A stretch of DNA of 51,766 bases, the filler included, from Bipalium vagum (taxonomy: Eukaryota), in assembly GCA_037834085.1 (NCBI GenBank). It is 3 parts of 3 records of this genome, joined end to end, with 100 filler letters (N's around TTAATTAATTAA, not from the genome) between each part and the next. Parts side by side here need not be neighbours in the genome. Positions count along the whole stretch, not along the records: positions 35,327 to 51,766 come from JBBMKC010111139.1; 2 more parts are not named here. One strand, written 5' to 3'. The position numbers and the translations under genes were made by a program. Below are positions 38,245 to 51,310 of this stretch, piece by piece. How positions within the stretch are numbered: position 1 is the stretch's first letter; the number at the start of each line of letters is the position of its first letter. The notes beneath the pieces are model-generated. The model saw nothing but the letters and a program-made list of their open reading frames with translations, was not told where the DNA came from and searched no databases.

Positions 38245-38300
38245 GGACGAATTAAATCTGACAACCCTAGTGTGACGGGGTTGTCAGATTTAATTTGTCC
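38245..38300. repeat. 23-bp-stem palindrome with a 10-nt loop
   Basis: ggacgaattaaatctgacaaccc-tagtgtgacg-gggttgtcagatttaatttgtcc, 22/23 paired. Confidence 0.9.
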
Positions 38301-38974
38301 GTTATTTTTTTATGAAAATCAGGTATTAATATAATACCACATAAAAATACGAAGATACATTTTCAGCTTTATTTAATATTAAACTTCATAAATTTCATTT
38401 TTGTTATTTTGATCTTAAGGTATACATTTTTCTTAGATCGGATTTTCAAATTATTCATATCTATTAACGTTGGTTGGCAGTATATGCGACATATTTGCCT
38501 GAGAGGCAGAATATTTAAATTGACAAAATATTCTGTGCATTATTGTTTTTCTGTGGGAGTCAAAGAGAAAAAGAAAATAGAATAATAAAATTAAAAAAGA
38601 ATAATATCAACATTCAATTCAACCCCAAAACCCTCAAATTCACTTTAACCCCCAAATTCCTCAAATCCATTAAAAACATTATTTAGTGATCGAATTGGTA
38701 ATTTTATGAATCAATTGATCATATTGTTTTATTTTACAGTGTGACAAATTTTAAATTAAAAACATATTTTTATTAACAAATAATAAGTAAAATAATTATT
38801 AAAATATATGTATATAATTAAATAATGAAACATTAACATAAAAAATAAAATTACTTTTCTACACTGAGCGAGCCTAAAAAATATATAATAACTTCTTCAA
38901 GACCAATTTCAAAACTTTCGTCTTTAAATGAAGACATAAGTTAATGTCATAAACCAAATTGATATTAATTTGAT

Positions 38975-39965
38975 TGTAAGAGTTTGGTTCGACGCTTAGT
39001 GCGAGATCTAATCTCGAAAATATAAAAATGCTAACTCTATTAATATAGGTTTGAACTGGGCTAACCAACTACGTCAAAGGTATTGTAACAAATAGGTGTT
39101 CTAAGATACGAGTTGTCTAATTAAACTAACTAAAATGACACGTTTTTTGTTACAAAAATATATTTTGTAAAACAAATACAACTCATCACAATTATAATAT
39201 TAATTAATTAAAGTCTTCTTGGTTTTATGATAACCGAAGAAGCCCTGATGTCAAAAATGCGTATTCTGTCGCCTAGAGCGAAGCAGAATCGAATTGCCAG
39301 AAAAAAAACAGAAATAAGAAGATATAATAAAAAGACATATTGTAGAGTATCTGCTTTGAATACGTTAATGATTATTTAATTAATATGATTTTTCTCAAAA
39401 GAGATCGATGTTTTAAATAGCCGAGGCATATTTATTACCTTTTATTAGTGGAAAATAAAACTTTCCATTAATAGAATAATATGGGGTTTTTTCCTGTTTT
39501 AGGAAAGTTCTTATATTATAGAACTTACTAAATATAGCATCCACATATTAATATTTTTTCATATTAATGTATTTTTAGTAAGTTTTATTTTCTAATTTAT
39601 TATTATTCATTATTACTCATTATAATTATTTTTATCAATTTTGTGGGTTAAGTTTTAATTAACTTCAACCCACAATTTATATTATTATTTTTTTATTTAT
39701 TTATATTAATTAAAAACGAATATATAATTTAATTATTATTATTTTTTATAAAATATAAAATGACATAAAAAGAGTCAAAATATAACAGAAAGTAAGCCTA
39801 ACAAGGCTTTTTCATGCACAAGTTTAAAATCAAAATGTTTATTAATTGTCTTTGGAGAATCATCCTCCATAAGCTCTTGCTCTGGCTGTAGAGATTCCGA
39901 CTCCTTTGCGGGCTTTGAATTTGAGTTGATTGGTGCTGGGACCTCATTTTCTATGGATCCCAACA
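38975..39965 (+). mobile_element. 991-bp solo LTR with a 4-bp target-site duplication (TGAT)
   Basis: TGAT|TGTAAG...CCAACA|TGAT. The inverted paralogous arm at ~37040 has a single TGAT (empty site). Homologous copies at 18252 and 23779. Confidence 0.85.
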
Positions 39966-41009
39966 TGATTATATAAATAAAAATATTGTGTAAAAATTTA
40001 ATTTAATTTATATTATATTTTCTAAGCGAGTGACAAAACTTATTGGGGGCACCACACATATAGCTACACGAAATCATTGCCTTATTGACTATCAGAAATA
40101 TGAAACTTCATTTAAGGTATTTAGAAAAATCTTTTAAATTTATATATTAATTTTACTTATCAAAGAATGACTCAAGAGAATTAACATATAAAAATGATAC
40201 ATTAATAATATTCTTTTAATCATTTTGTAAATATGTCTTAGATTTTGCATAAACTCTGATATTTTGCCAAAAATAAATTTAATCCTTTTGATTTCCATGT
40301 CAGTGTAATAACTGTAGGTCTCTAATATATTAATTTACTTATAAGGAAATATTGAGTTATGCAAATATTTTACTTCGAAAAATGGATGGATTTACAAGAG
40401 CTTATTATACTTGGAAATTAAATTTTTGTTAGAGATTTTGTTTATTTAAATAAAATAATATTAATTGCATTGAAAAAATAATTCTAGTTATAATAAATAA
40501 TTTAATAAAATAATAATAATAATAATAGTAAATATCCGATTGCATTATATTTTCTTTAAATTTTGAACCATCTAATTATTTATTAATGTGAATTACCTAA
40601 ATATTAAAATAAAAGTTTATAAAAACATATATATTATGAGTGACGAATAAAATTATTAAAAAACTATATGTTATTATATTTATGTCATATTTCTAGAATA
40701 ATAATTCATAATTATTATTATATTTTAAGGTTTTTAAATTAATTTCCTGTAGATTCTAACTTAGAATTTTATTTCATTAAATTTATTTACAAAGTTTTCT
40801 GTCTTGTAATTCATTTTGTCATTATTTATCCAGTTTCTTGACTTATTTTCTGCTTTATCATTCTAAAACTTAATTAATTTTAATCTTATCAAATTTTATT
40901 TTAGAAGTATTTTCAGAACTCTGATTTGACTTTTAAAATTTTTAGCTACATACAAATAAATAAAAATACATAAATACATATTATAATAATTTATAATTAT
41001 ATTATAATA

Positions 41010-41840
41010 TTAGGTGAATGCATAAGTATTAAACCATGTTTAATCATTGTTTAAGTAAATCAACAAATAATCAAAACATCCAGTTAATTAAAATTTTGGT
41101 ATATTTTCTTTATATATTTTTTCTGGGATATTTACGTTAAAAAATAAATATTTAACTTTAATTGTTATAGAATATCAAAAGTTTTGGGATTTAGAAATGA
41201 GTGACGAAAATATTTACTATCGATATTGTATCAGATATGAATTTCAGAAGTGAAATTGTGCTTCAGCAGTGTCTAAATCATATTTTAGGAGAGTAGGCTA
41301 TTTCGTATAGTAGATATAAATATTGATATCACCGATTTAAAGACGGAAAATTTGATGCAAACAATCTACAATGAACTGGTGTTCCACGAATATTGTATCC
41401 TCAGAGATTGCAGAGCTACTCTGTGAGAATAAAGCCCAAACATAAGAAGAACTTGCAAAACAGGTTGGAGTCGATCAAGAAACTGTTAGCAGGCAGTTAC
41501 ATAAATTAGTAAAAAATCAAAAGTTTGAAAAGTTGGTGCCAAATGAACTCAGAAATCAATATTTCGTGACGTTTAACAGCATGCTCGTCGCTTCTTGATA
41601 GGCAAAGAAAAAAGACTTTATGACTGATCGCCACTGGAGATGAAAAGTGAATTGCCTACGATAATCCAAAACGCATTCATTTCTGGGTAGACACCGATAT
41701 GCCAGCAACTTTAACCGCAAAAGTAAACATTCACAGCAACAAATGCTCTTTGTATCTGGTGGAATATGAGAAGTTCAATTTATTATGATCTTCTCCAGAT
41801 TGGCGAAACCATTAATTCAGAACGTTACAGTTTCCGAATG
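41010..41840 (+). mobile_element. 5' part of a decayed mariner element
   Basis: TA|TTAGGTG left end; from ATG ~41197: YRYCIRYEFQ, RFKDGKFD, LAKQVGVDQETVSRQL, LVPNEL, ATGDEK*IAYDNPKR, IWWNMR, GETINSERY. Confidence 0.85.
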
Positions 41841-41849
41841 GTCTAATGC

Positions 41850-42260
41850 CTTTCCATTCCATAGTTGGTAAATTTACTTCAAATGATTTTGTAAATATGC
41901 TGCTGAAGTAGATTGTATCAGCTATAAAGTTGAACTTCGAAAGGAAAATTTTATTTCAACAAGACAATTATAGGATACACATTTCAAGATTGGTACAAGA
42001 TTACCTAAAATATTCAAATATACAGACTAATCAGTGGCCATCTTTAAGTCCATATCTGAACATAGTGGAAGATGTCTGGAAGATGATATCAAATATGGTA
42101 TATGATTGACCGCAATTTACCAATATGCGTGAGTTACAATTACGCGTAACAGACACTATCCATATAATAAACAATGAAAAAAGGCAAATTTTCATTGATT
42201 TATATGAATCACTAAGACCTTGATTTTGTAAAGTTCTATTGTCCAATTTACTGTAATAAA
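41850..42260 (+). mobile_element. 3' part of a Tc1 (DD34E-type) transposase
   Basis: FQQDNYRIHISRLVQDYLKYSNIQTNQWPSLSPYLNIVEDVWKMI (cf. QQDNA..H...WP..SPDLN.IE..W). Confidence 0.8.
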
Positions 42261-42499
42261 GGTGTACAAAATTTTTTTTATTTTCAATATTTACATATCT
42301 TAAGTTTATGTGTCTTAGAAACATTATTTAAAGATTAGATACTTAAAATTTTTTAACTAATGTATATTTTTATTTAACTATATGTCGATTTTGAACAATT
42401 TTACAATAGTAACTGTGCGAAAAAATTAGTGGAGATAATTTAAAAAATCATTAAAATATTTTATTAACTAAAAGTTTTATTAACAGTTAATAAATAGTT

Positions 42500-43458
42500 T
42501 TAGCTCCATTCAGACAAATTACTTCATATACTCGGTTTGGCATTATCCGAACTAATTATTGATGCTCATTATCAATCACTTCAGACCAATCTTTAATTAT
42601 GGAATTTGTAAGTTTCAAATTGCGAGCAAGCCCCACAAATTCTCTATTGGATTATAGTGGTCATGGAAGAATATTGATTTTTTGGCTATTTATTATGAAA
42701 TTTTGACTTAAGCTCTATGAATTGGTGCATTATCTTGTTGACAAATTCATTCTGGGCCCCCATACGTCTCAGCAATATTAATTATATGATTTTTAAAAGA
42801 TACTTAGGTATCCTTTAGCATTTAGTTTCCTCTCAACAAAACAAATATCACTCTGATCACTTCAACCAAAAGCTGATCAAATCATGACATTACCACCACT
42901 TTGAGGTCTTCATTTCGTAAATCGTTCCAGTAATAAGAAAGACCACCAGGACCATTCAAATTAACCTTTTTTTCATCCGACCATACCAACTTCTTCCACT
43001 CGTCATTCCATGTCATCTGGTCTCTTGCCGATTTTAATCTGGCTTGTTTGTGAATATTGGTTAAAGGAGGTGATTTCTTTTTTCATTTTTTCATATGATT
43101 CCCTGGCCGTTGTATTACACGATTCACATCCATCAAGGTATTCCTATATTAAGATCGGCTGCAATCTGGCAACTGGAGATGATTTTGTTACTGGCGTCCC
43201 TTTTTTGTTCCTTTCGATTCAAGACTTTGATTTTCATTGAATATTTCAAGAAATTGGTGACTGCCTTTTTTGACCGATTATTTATTTCTGAAATTTGACG
43301 ATGACTACATTCATCCTTAGAAAATTTAAAAATTGTTTCTTTTTCTTCCGAATTTAATAAATATCTATAAAATAATCAATAAAAATATATGTATATAACT
43401 CTTAATATAAAAATAGGCTTAATTATAGAAGATGGTCTTATAATTACGTAACACGCTG
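42500..43458 (-). mobile_element. Decayed Tc3-like transposon
   Basis: Minus-strand LVWSDEKKVNLNGPGG (cf. FSDEKKFNLDGPDG), NPIENLWG, MPNRVYEVI; probable TA|CAG terminus at 43458; left limit approximate. Confidence 0.8.
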
Positions 43459-44439
43459 TATTTTGACAGTCACCTTACTTTTTGAACACTTCCAAACTTT
43501 TATCTCCGTTACTTAACTCAGATAATCATAATAATCAATAATTAATTGTTACAACTAAATCAATTTAATTACTCCAAAGAACTAATATATTTAAACTACA
43601 TAAAATAAATTTATTGCCAGTTTTTCACTAATATGTAAAGAGTGATATTTAGAATAAGAATAAATACTTATCTTTATAATTGCAACTTACAGAAAAATAA
43701 TGGAACTGAAAGAATAGAATATTTACAAAAATCTGTAGTTAATATTTTTAACAACTACAGAAAATAAAGCGAAGAGATTTATGAAATATACATTAGCAAA
43801 TATGGAAAGATTGACTTTTACGAGATAAAATATAAAGCATAAAATATATAAATAATAAAAAATATTTATCAATTTTTGCATTTCTTTCGGGTTTTTTGGA
43901 ACAAAAAAATATTTGTAAAATTTTATTAAAACTTAATCAATATAAATTAAATAATTTAATTTTCTCTCTCAGTTGGAATCTTTCCAGACTGTATTTTGTT
44001 TTTCTCACATTCAATTAATTTCAATTTAACTTAATTTTTAGAAGACCTATAAGAGTAATGATGAAAAAATATAAATCGATATTTAAGGAAATGTTGAAAC
44101 TTGAATAATAGTTTTCATAATGGATATTTGTGGAAACATAAAATATACATTATTTGAAAGTCATTTATTTAATAAAACCTATAGGGTGTTTCACTAGCAG
44201 CTACCGAATTTTATTGTTGAAAGTATATTTAAATTAAAAAAGCATCTAAAGCTTTATTTTAATATAAAAAGCAACTCCTCACAATTATTATACATATAAA
44301 AAAAATCGTTCAAATGACTGCAAAGACGTTTTTCAAAAGATCTTATCCTTTTCTCATAATTCTTGACCGTTTTCAACAAAGACAGTGAACAATAAAGTGA
44401 AAATAAATTGAAATCGGTGAAAATGTGGCTGGAACGAAA

Positions 44440-44835
44440 ATCGATACCTTTTATCCCGGATTGGCCACCACAATCTCCCGATTTAAATCCGGTTGAATAT
44501 ATATGGAACTATATTGATAGAAGAATTCACTGAAAAGTAATTGGCAACAAAAAAGATCTATGGGAACTGATTAGATCAAAATGGGAAGTAATTCCACGAG
44601 AATTCATCAATAACCTGATTTGGAGTATAGCTACTCGTTTGAAGGAAGTAATCAAATTGCGAGGTGGATATACAAAATACTGAACATATTTTTTAATGTA
44701 TTGCACTAGTACATACATATTGTGTAACATGCTGAAAACCGTTTCTGGTTATCTTTAAAATTGTTTGTTTTAAAGCAGCTTAAATACTAAATTGTTGAAA
44801 ATTTTAAGGTGTTAACTTTTTCATGAACTTTTCTG
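44440..44835 (+). mobile_element. 3' end of a Tc1 element
   Basis: DWPPQSPDLNPVEYIW...INNLIWSIATRLKEVIKLRGGYTKY* followed by a probable right terminus ...GAACTTTTCTG|TA. Confidence 0.85.
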
Positions 44836-46501
44836 TATGCATAAGCGTCTTATTTCTATCTTTATAAAATTAATGCAGGTGTAAATTGATATCTTCATTA
44901 TTAACGTCTTTTCATTTAAAGATCATTGCAATGTACAAAATTATTAAAATCTCTTGGTTTTCAATCAATAAAAAAGGACATTTGTTTAGACAATTTATTA
45001 AGTAACATAAGTAATTTGAAATTGCAATCAAATTTTACCAAACCGTTGGATTTTAAAGGTCATTATAAATTTTAACATTATATTTTATAACACCTTGAAT
45101 TAAATTCTATCATATTTAATATAATAAAATATATAATATTTGAATAATAATATTACTTTTAATTAAACTTTTAAAGTTATTTTATATTAAAATTTAATTA
45201 TTAATAAACCACGACATTATAAATATAAAAAGATTTAAAATTAAAAATTTCTATGGTCGGAAAAATAAAGACTGTTTTTGTAATGCTTTTGTTAAGGTTA
45301 GATACTAAATCTAATTATGGCACTCATTAAGTTGGTACTTTAGGAACCAAGACATAAATGTTTACAAAAGCTACTTTAGAGAAAACGGAAGAACTCACCA
45401 AGTACTATCTTTTTGATGGCTGAGAACAAAAAAGATTTCGCAAGGTGGGTATTAGTTTTGTCATTAATTCTACATTTTCACTGTTTGCGAAATCAATGAC
45501 TTGACGGGCTTCGTAATGAGCTGTTGTTTCCACGATAAAGAATAATTTACCGATCTCGGTAGTTCTCTAATTTTGGAAATCACCTGTTTGTAAGAACATT
45601 GTTGTGCTTTATTCAGCATTGACAGGTTACCATATATCTTATTAGACCGAAGAAACGGGTGATCCGTTTCTTTCCACAGCACTGTGAAGCCGAGAAACTT
45701 TTATTGGTTTCGATTCACCTTTAAAGATTCAAAAAAATGATTGCTGGTTATTTTCAGAATAGTAAGAATAGTAAGATAGTTTATTTATTAAAAATAATAA
45801 AATAAATAAACTACCACATAAATAAAATTAAAATTTTGAATTGGAATGACATTATTCCATTTCATAAAATAAAAGAATAAATAAATCGAAAATTGTAAAA
45901 ATCTATATTAATAATGTGATAAATTAATAATAAATTGATTTTCTTTATCTATAATCTTTATTTTTATAAACCAAGTCTTATTATTTCTGTCAAGCAACAA
46001 ATGTTTAACAAGCTATACAGCCCTAGACCCATTCCTTCACTCTAATTGGAAAATATTCGATAATAATAATTGATAATGTTAAAAAAAACCAGAATTAAAT
46101 GAAGAAATATAAAGCCTCTTTACAATGTCTCAATCATCAAAATGAAAGTACCTTTTTAGCTTAACACAAAGCTTTTTTAAAATAATGTATTAATTAGCCT
46201 AATACCTCATAGTAATTTTCTGATTACTTTCCCAATATTTTTAATTTTCCAAAGTCAACTTGCCAAAAGAAAAAAATAAAATTACTTTAATTTTTTTCAA
46301 AATAAATCTACATCATAAATGTTTCTTTTCTCAAGGGAATTAATGTATAAAATCGATATTACAATAATCAAAAATAGTGAAATTTCAAAATACGAAAATA
46401 AAAGTATTTTATTAATAACATTAACGATAATCATTCTTTTTATATTTGCTTAGTAAAATTAATTCACGTCCACAGTGGATTATAAATCAGAAATTGTAAT
46501 T

Positions 46502-46507
<6 letters not shown>

Positions 46508-46573
<66 letters not shown>
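46508..46573. repeat. (TAT/TAA)22 microsatellite overlapping the ATPase-beta stop codon
   Basis: 22 perfect units, seen as poly-Tyr in the antisense ORF. Confidence 0.95.
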
Positions 46574-46575
<2 letters not shown>

Positions 46576-47343
46576 CATAAAAATTTCGAAAGAAACACTT
46601 CCTGATTTTGACTCAAAGTTAACATTGACATTAAGTGCTTCCATCCAACAGTCCACCATGATGATCACATTTCTAGTCAAGTTCAAAAATTTAATCCATA
46701 TGAAAGGTTGACGGTAACTGGAAGTTTTTTTATATGGATAATATAAATGATGGATTTTTCCATATTCGTAATTACAATGAGACAGAGATGTATAATCGTA
46801 GTAACAGATAACTCCTACTAATTCATTGTCAGTGGAAGAGGCTCCTTTACATCTGATTTTAATATCATCGATCCCGTATGGTAAAGCAGGTACCCAACCA
46901 TAAATTTTATTTATTTTAATTAACACACATGGTTGCAGGTCATTGTAACCGAATAATTTCTGAATTGTACATCCTTTGCCGAAATCTAAGTGAAAATAAC
47001 AAGACTTTCTTACTCGGTTTGAAAAATGTCCTTGTTTCAAACAATCTTCAACGTGTGGACCTGTCTTGTGAGTTTCATAAAATTGAGTAAATCCGATCAG
47101 ATCATGAAGAAATGACATGTAAGTATGACGCCTACCATGTTGAAACTTTAAAAGAGATGTCCTGGAATCGGGATTGGGAAGAAATGATAAGCTTGGAGTT
47201 GCATTAAGAATGCTTTTTCGACCCGTATTCGGTGGGTAATCACTGGAATAGTTTGTATAGAAACTGAAATAAAAAAGCATCACACTAAACAATACAAAAC
47301 CAGGACAATGAATACAGATGACAAGTATTCTCAATTTACTCAT
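46570..47343 (-). CDS. Na+/K+ (X,K)-ATPase beta-subunit-like protein, single exon, 257 aa
   Basis: N-terminal hydrophobic anchor followed by family motifs P.LSFLP, C..FGY...PCVLIKINKIYGWVP, YYPY, Y.QP...IKF.N and C-terminal GSVSFEI; in-frame stop 4 codons upstream of the ATG. Confidence 0.9.
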
Positions 47344-50300
47344 GATCTCACAATGTCAAACGAACTGAAGTTTGGACTGAAGAAAGATTTTAATCGGTTC
47401 TTCTATTTATAATTATTCGATCTATAATTACTTCAAAATGATTTATTAAACCTTTTGTAGCCTATTAAATCAATCATAAACGGATATACTGTAATAAATT
47501 TATTTATTTTGATAGTATTGCTCAGAGGGGTCATTTTATTATTGTAGTCGTTTTCAGATTTGAATGTGGCATTTATCGAACCTTTTCTTTTTTTTCATTT
47601 TTCATATTAATTTTTTTTCTTTTTCCTATTTATTTTTTTAAATTAAAGTAAACTAAAATTCTTCAAAAAATAAAATTATATTTTTAAAATTGTGACCTAG
47701 AGGATAGAGAGGTAGAAAAGATAATTGATGGGAATATTGATTGCAATGAGGTCCAAGTCCACAACTTTGGTATTAGTGGATTTTTTTTTAATTTTCAGTT
47801 TTTTAAATTTACTTCTTTTTTGCTATTTTAAATATTTTATGATGAATTGAACGAAACCATGAACAATAAATTATAAAAAAATTTAATATAATAACGTTTA
47901 TATCAAATGTGTATTTTGAATATTTTATGAATTTTCTCCTTGAAATATTATTAATAATAATATTATTATTACTATGGAAATGTTTATGTTTGAAAATTTA
48001 AATATTTTGCCTTTAGCGTGATTAAAAGAAATAAATTATTTACTTATTATTAGTTTTTAAATAACGATTTTTACTTCATAAAAATTCATAAGAAAAATTT
48101 ATCAAACTGGTGAAAATAAAAAATATATATACATTATCATTGTAACCGTAGTTTGCTTTCGTTACTGCAAAGTAAATATGAACCTATTCATATAATAGTT
48201 TCATAACCAGGGTAGGACTTGCAAAATTAAAACTATGAAATTCGAAACTTATAAATATTATGATAGATATTTTTTCAATTTTTAATAACCCTTCTTTGGA
48301 AAAAAGGTTTTTTATAAAACAAATTAAGTTAACTTCTTTTAGATAAGTGAAAATTTTGATGTATTTTGCAATTTTATTAGAATAAAGATAAAAAAGCGAA
48401 AACATAAATGTTATTGTATTCGTATGATCTTTAAATCTACAGTGGTTTTAAACTTTTAGGTCAGCTAAAGTTAAAAGATTTCATTTATTTTAACTGTCAG
48501 ATCCAAAAGAAAACAGTATAATTATGATTTTATTAAAACACTGGATTTATTCCGCTGGATTTTTTTATATTTCTAGAATTGGTTGTTTATGCTTTAGTAT
48601 CACTAGAAGCATACGAGAGATTATTTTTAATCTATCCTTTGATTTAATGGAAGATAACACCCCTGGGGTTAATAATTGAATGACTATTTCGTGTATAATA
48701 ATCCAATCTTTTCTCTTATCTTTGTACCAAAAAAATTTGACTGTCTATCTATTTTATTCAATTCTATTTATACTGTTTTTAATTAATAATATGTTTTTTT
48801 ATTTAATATTATATAAATTTTATATAAAAAAAATAGTCTTAGTATTTTTAATTTTTACTTTTAATACTTTTTTACAGGACTTAGTTTTGGTACAGTTTTT
48901 CTGATATATATACTTAGAACTTTATAATAATAACACTCAAGTTAATAATATAATGCATGTTACAACCTGGCTCTGTATTTATTAGTTGGTGTAACAAAAT
49001 CCGTAGGAACTACAATAGGCTTTATTGTTACTACGTTGCAGGATTATTGTCAATCAAAAATCCACAATTATTCAAATCCCAATAAATAATAAATTATCAC
49101 GATAATTAAGAAAATAAATCGATTGTCAAATTCAAATGCTCAATGTTAAATCACTTGCAAAAATTCTTTCAAAGACGAAAAATGAATACTCTGTGATAAC
49201 CGTCATCGATCACACTTGATAAAGGTGAAGCGCCAAAAACTTTCCAAAATCAAATTTGTATCCAAAGAAAACAATGATGACAATTTGGTGACAAAAATTT
49301 GGAGTAGGCCTGTACATTTTTGAAACACGAAAAATACTGCACTTAAGTTGACGAAATGCACAAAAAAATTGTAAGAGAAACGCCAGGCTCTAATGAAATG
49401 AATTGACCGATTTCAGAATACTTTTTAAAAAAATTTAATTAGAAGAATAATCTTTTAGAGATAAATATATTTTAAAAATAAAATTGAGAATGTTTAAGAG
49501 TGAAAATTTAATTAATTTTCCACTTTAGGCTTAGCGAAAATAATAACTTTTCAACTTAATTTGATAATATTCAAAATCAAAATTTAATAAAATGTTCGTT
49601 TGATTAAATTTCCCATTTGTTTATTAAAAATGTTTAGTTATTTATTAATTAATTTAAAATTAACTATTAATTAAATAATTTTCTAACAGAAATTATTTTA
49701 TCATTTATACAGATTTATGAAAATTAGTTAATTAAAACAGGAAACGTGGATGATAGGTGTAAAACTAAATTATTATTTAAACTTCATTTCAATTTATTTT
49801 ATTGTTGTGGCAGTTTGGTACAAAAACTTTAATATTTGTAAATCTGTTTAAATAATTAGAATATTTTCAAGGTCACATTATTTTTTAATTACTAGATAAG
49901 ATATTTTTAATAATACATATCAATTTTAAATTTGATCACATAAGGAATTATTGTAAAAATAAATATTTTATCTTTATTATCAAAAAGTTTTTCCGTTAAA
50001 AATAGACTAATACTTATGCATACACCTAATATAATAAAATAAAAGTAGTTAATATATATTAAATTATTTTAAAAATAATATATAATTTAAATGAATATTA
50101 AAATTTTACTAATTTAATATAATAAATATAGCATAATTTTGATATATTATTCAATAATGCTCTGATTCCTCCCTGTAACCCTTAGTTAAAAAATAAGATT
50201 ATAATACAATTTTTTTTATAAAAATGTTTCAAGAAATTTCAATTTAAAAATAAAATAATAATTATCATAATAAATAAAAAAATAATGAAAACTTATTCAT

Positions 50301-50689
50301 CTAAATATGCGTAATCGTTAAAAAATATGTATTCCCTGGATATTCTAAATGAAAGTAGCTCCTCGCTTCATCGTATCACATTCTTCATGTTTAACAGCGT
50401 TCATTGGATCTCTTTTTTTATCATTTACTTTATTCTACCTTATTATCGAATTCATAAGCAGATTCAGTTGAGACTATTTCATTTCCTTAATTTTTCTCAT
50501 AACCTTTTAGTACGTGGGATGACTATTTGAAAGAAAAATATTGTCTAACTTTGTCTTGAAAATCTTCTTCTCTCGTTTATTAAAAATTGTCGTCACAAAA
50601 ATCTAATATTATTTCTATAAATTATTAATATGGGATAATCATTATTAAAATAATTGTAACACATCTTTCACGGAGATTACATATAATGA

Positions 50690-51310
50690 TAAGCTGTCAT
50701 GTGGAAATTATTACCAAACCTGGCTGGAAAGAGAGTTCTTGTCTTTTGATAACACTTGTGATATGTGATCACATTCCACTCCAAAATATAATTTAACTTG
50801 TAATTAGTAACTTTGAGAAAATAATATTTATCAATATCTTAAGACATGGTGGTGAAAAGGGTTTCTTGAAAACAACATTTATAAATATAATGGTGAAATG
50901 AAACTGTAAAAAATTCCAATAGTGAGTTTTTTCAATAACTGCGACGGGTTGAATAGAAAACCCATTTGAAGATTAGGATATTGTTTTTGTATATTTTTCA
51001 ATTAAAATCAGGGAGGAATTAAAAAAAAATAATTTATCCGAAGGTGTTGAAAAAGAATTCGTATATATTACCCAGAAAATAATACGTTATTGTGTATTTA
51101 GCGTTTCTAGTTTAATAACATAATAAATTAAAATTTAGAAAAAGTGAAGTTGATTTTGTCAATTTAAAGACATAAACTATCGAAATACCTTCAGGGAAAT
51201 TCCTTCATTAAACATTGGAAATATTATCATATTAGATCGACATTTTGAAAATGTCTTCGGTGAATTAAAACTGACAGCAGAGCTATATCCAGATGGAACA
51301 AAAATTAATA
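50690..51310 (+). mobile_element. Possible decayed IS630-like DDE transposase relic
   Basis: Fragments GKRVLV, LRHGGEKGFL, GEM and ENVFGELK recall GKR.II.HAG...GF...EMN...IE..W..K; very degenerate. Confidence 0.35.

Larger units (their letters stand above)
36815..40200. repeat. Inverted duplication: compact left arm 36815-37365; right arm split into blocks 37685-37816, 38773-38974 and 39966-40200
   Basis: Block-by-block reverse-complement matches, e.g. gatttcgtgtagctatatgtgtggtgccc vs gggcaccacacatatagctacacgaaatc; ttaggctcgctcagtgtagaaaag vs cttttctacactgagcgagcctaa; aaattcggttcaacgg vs ccgttgaaccgaattt. Confidence 0.92.

Noticed and set aside
39775-39966. 63-aa ORF (MLGSIENEVP...) as a gene
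   Set aside because: It lies inside the solo LTR, and its ATG is created by the LTR end/TSD junction.
45470-45720. RT relic (KFLGFTV on the minus strand)
   Set aside because: A single short motif only; not enough to support a call.
46475-46711. Poly-tyrosine ORF
   Set aside because: Produced by the (TAT)22 microsatellite, antisense to the ATPase-beta gene.
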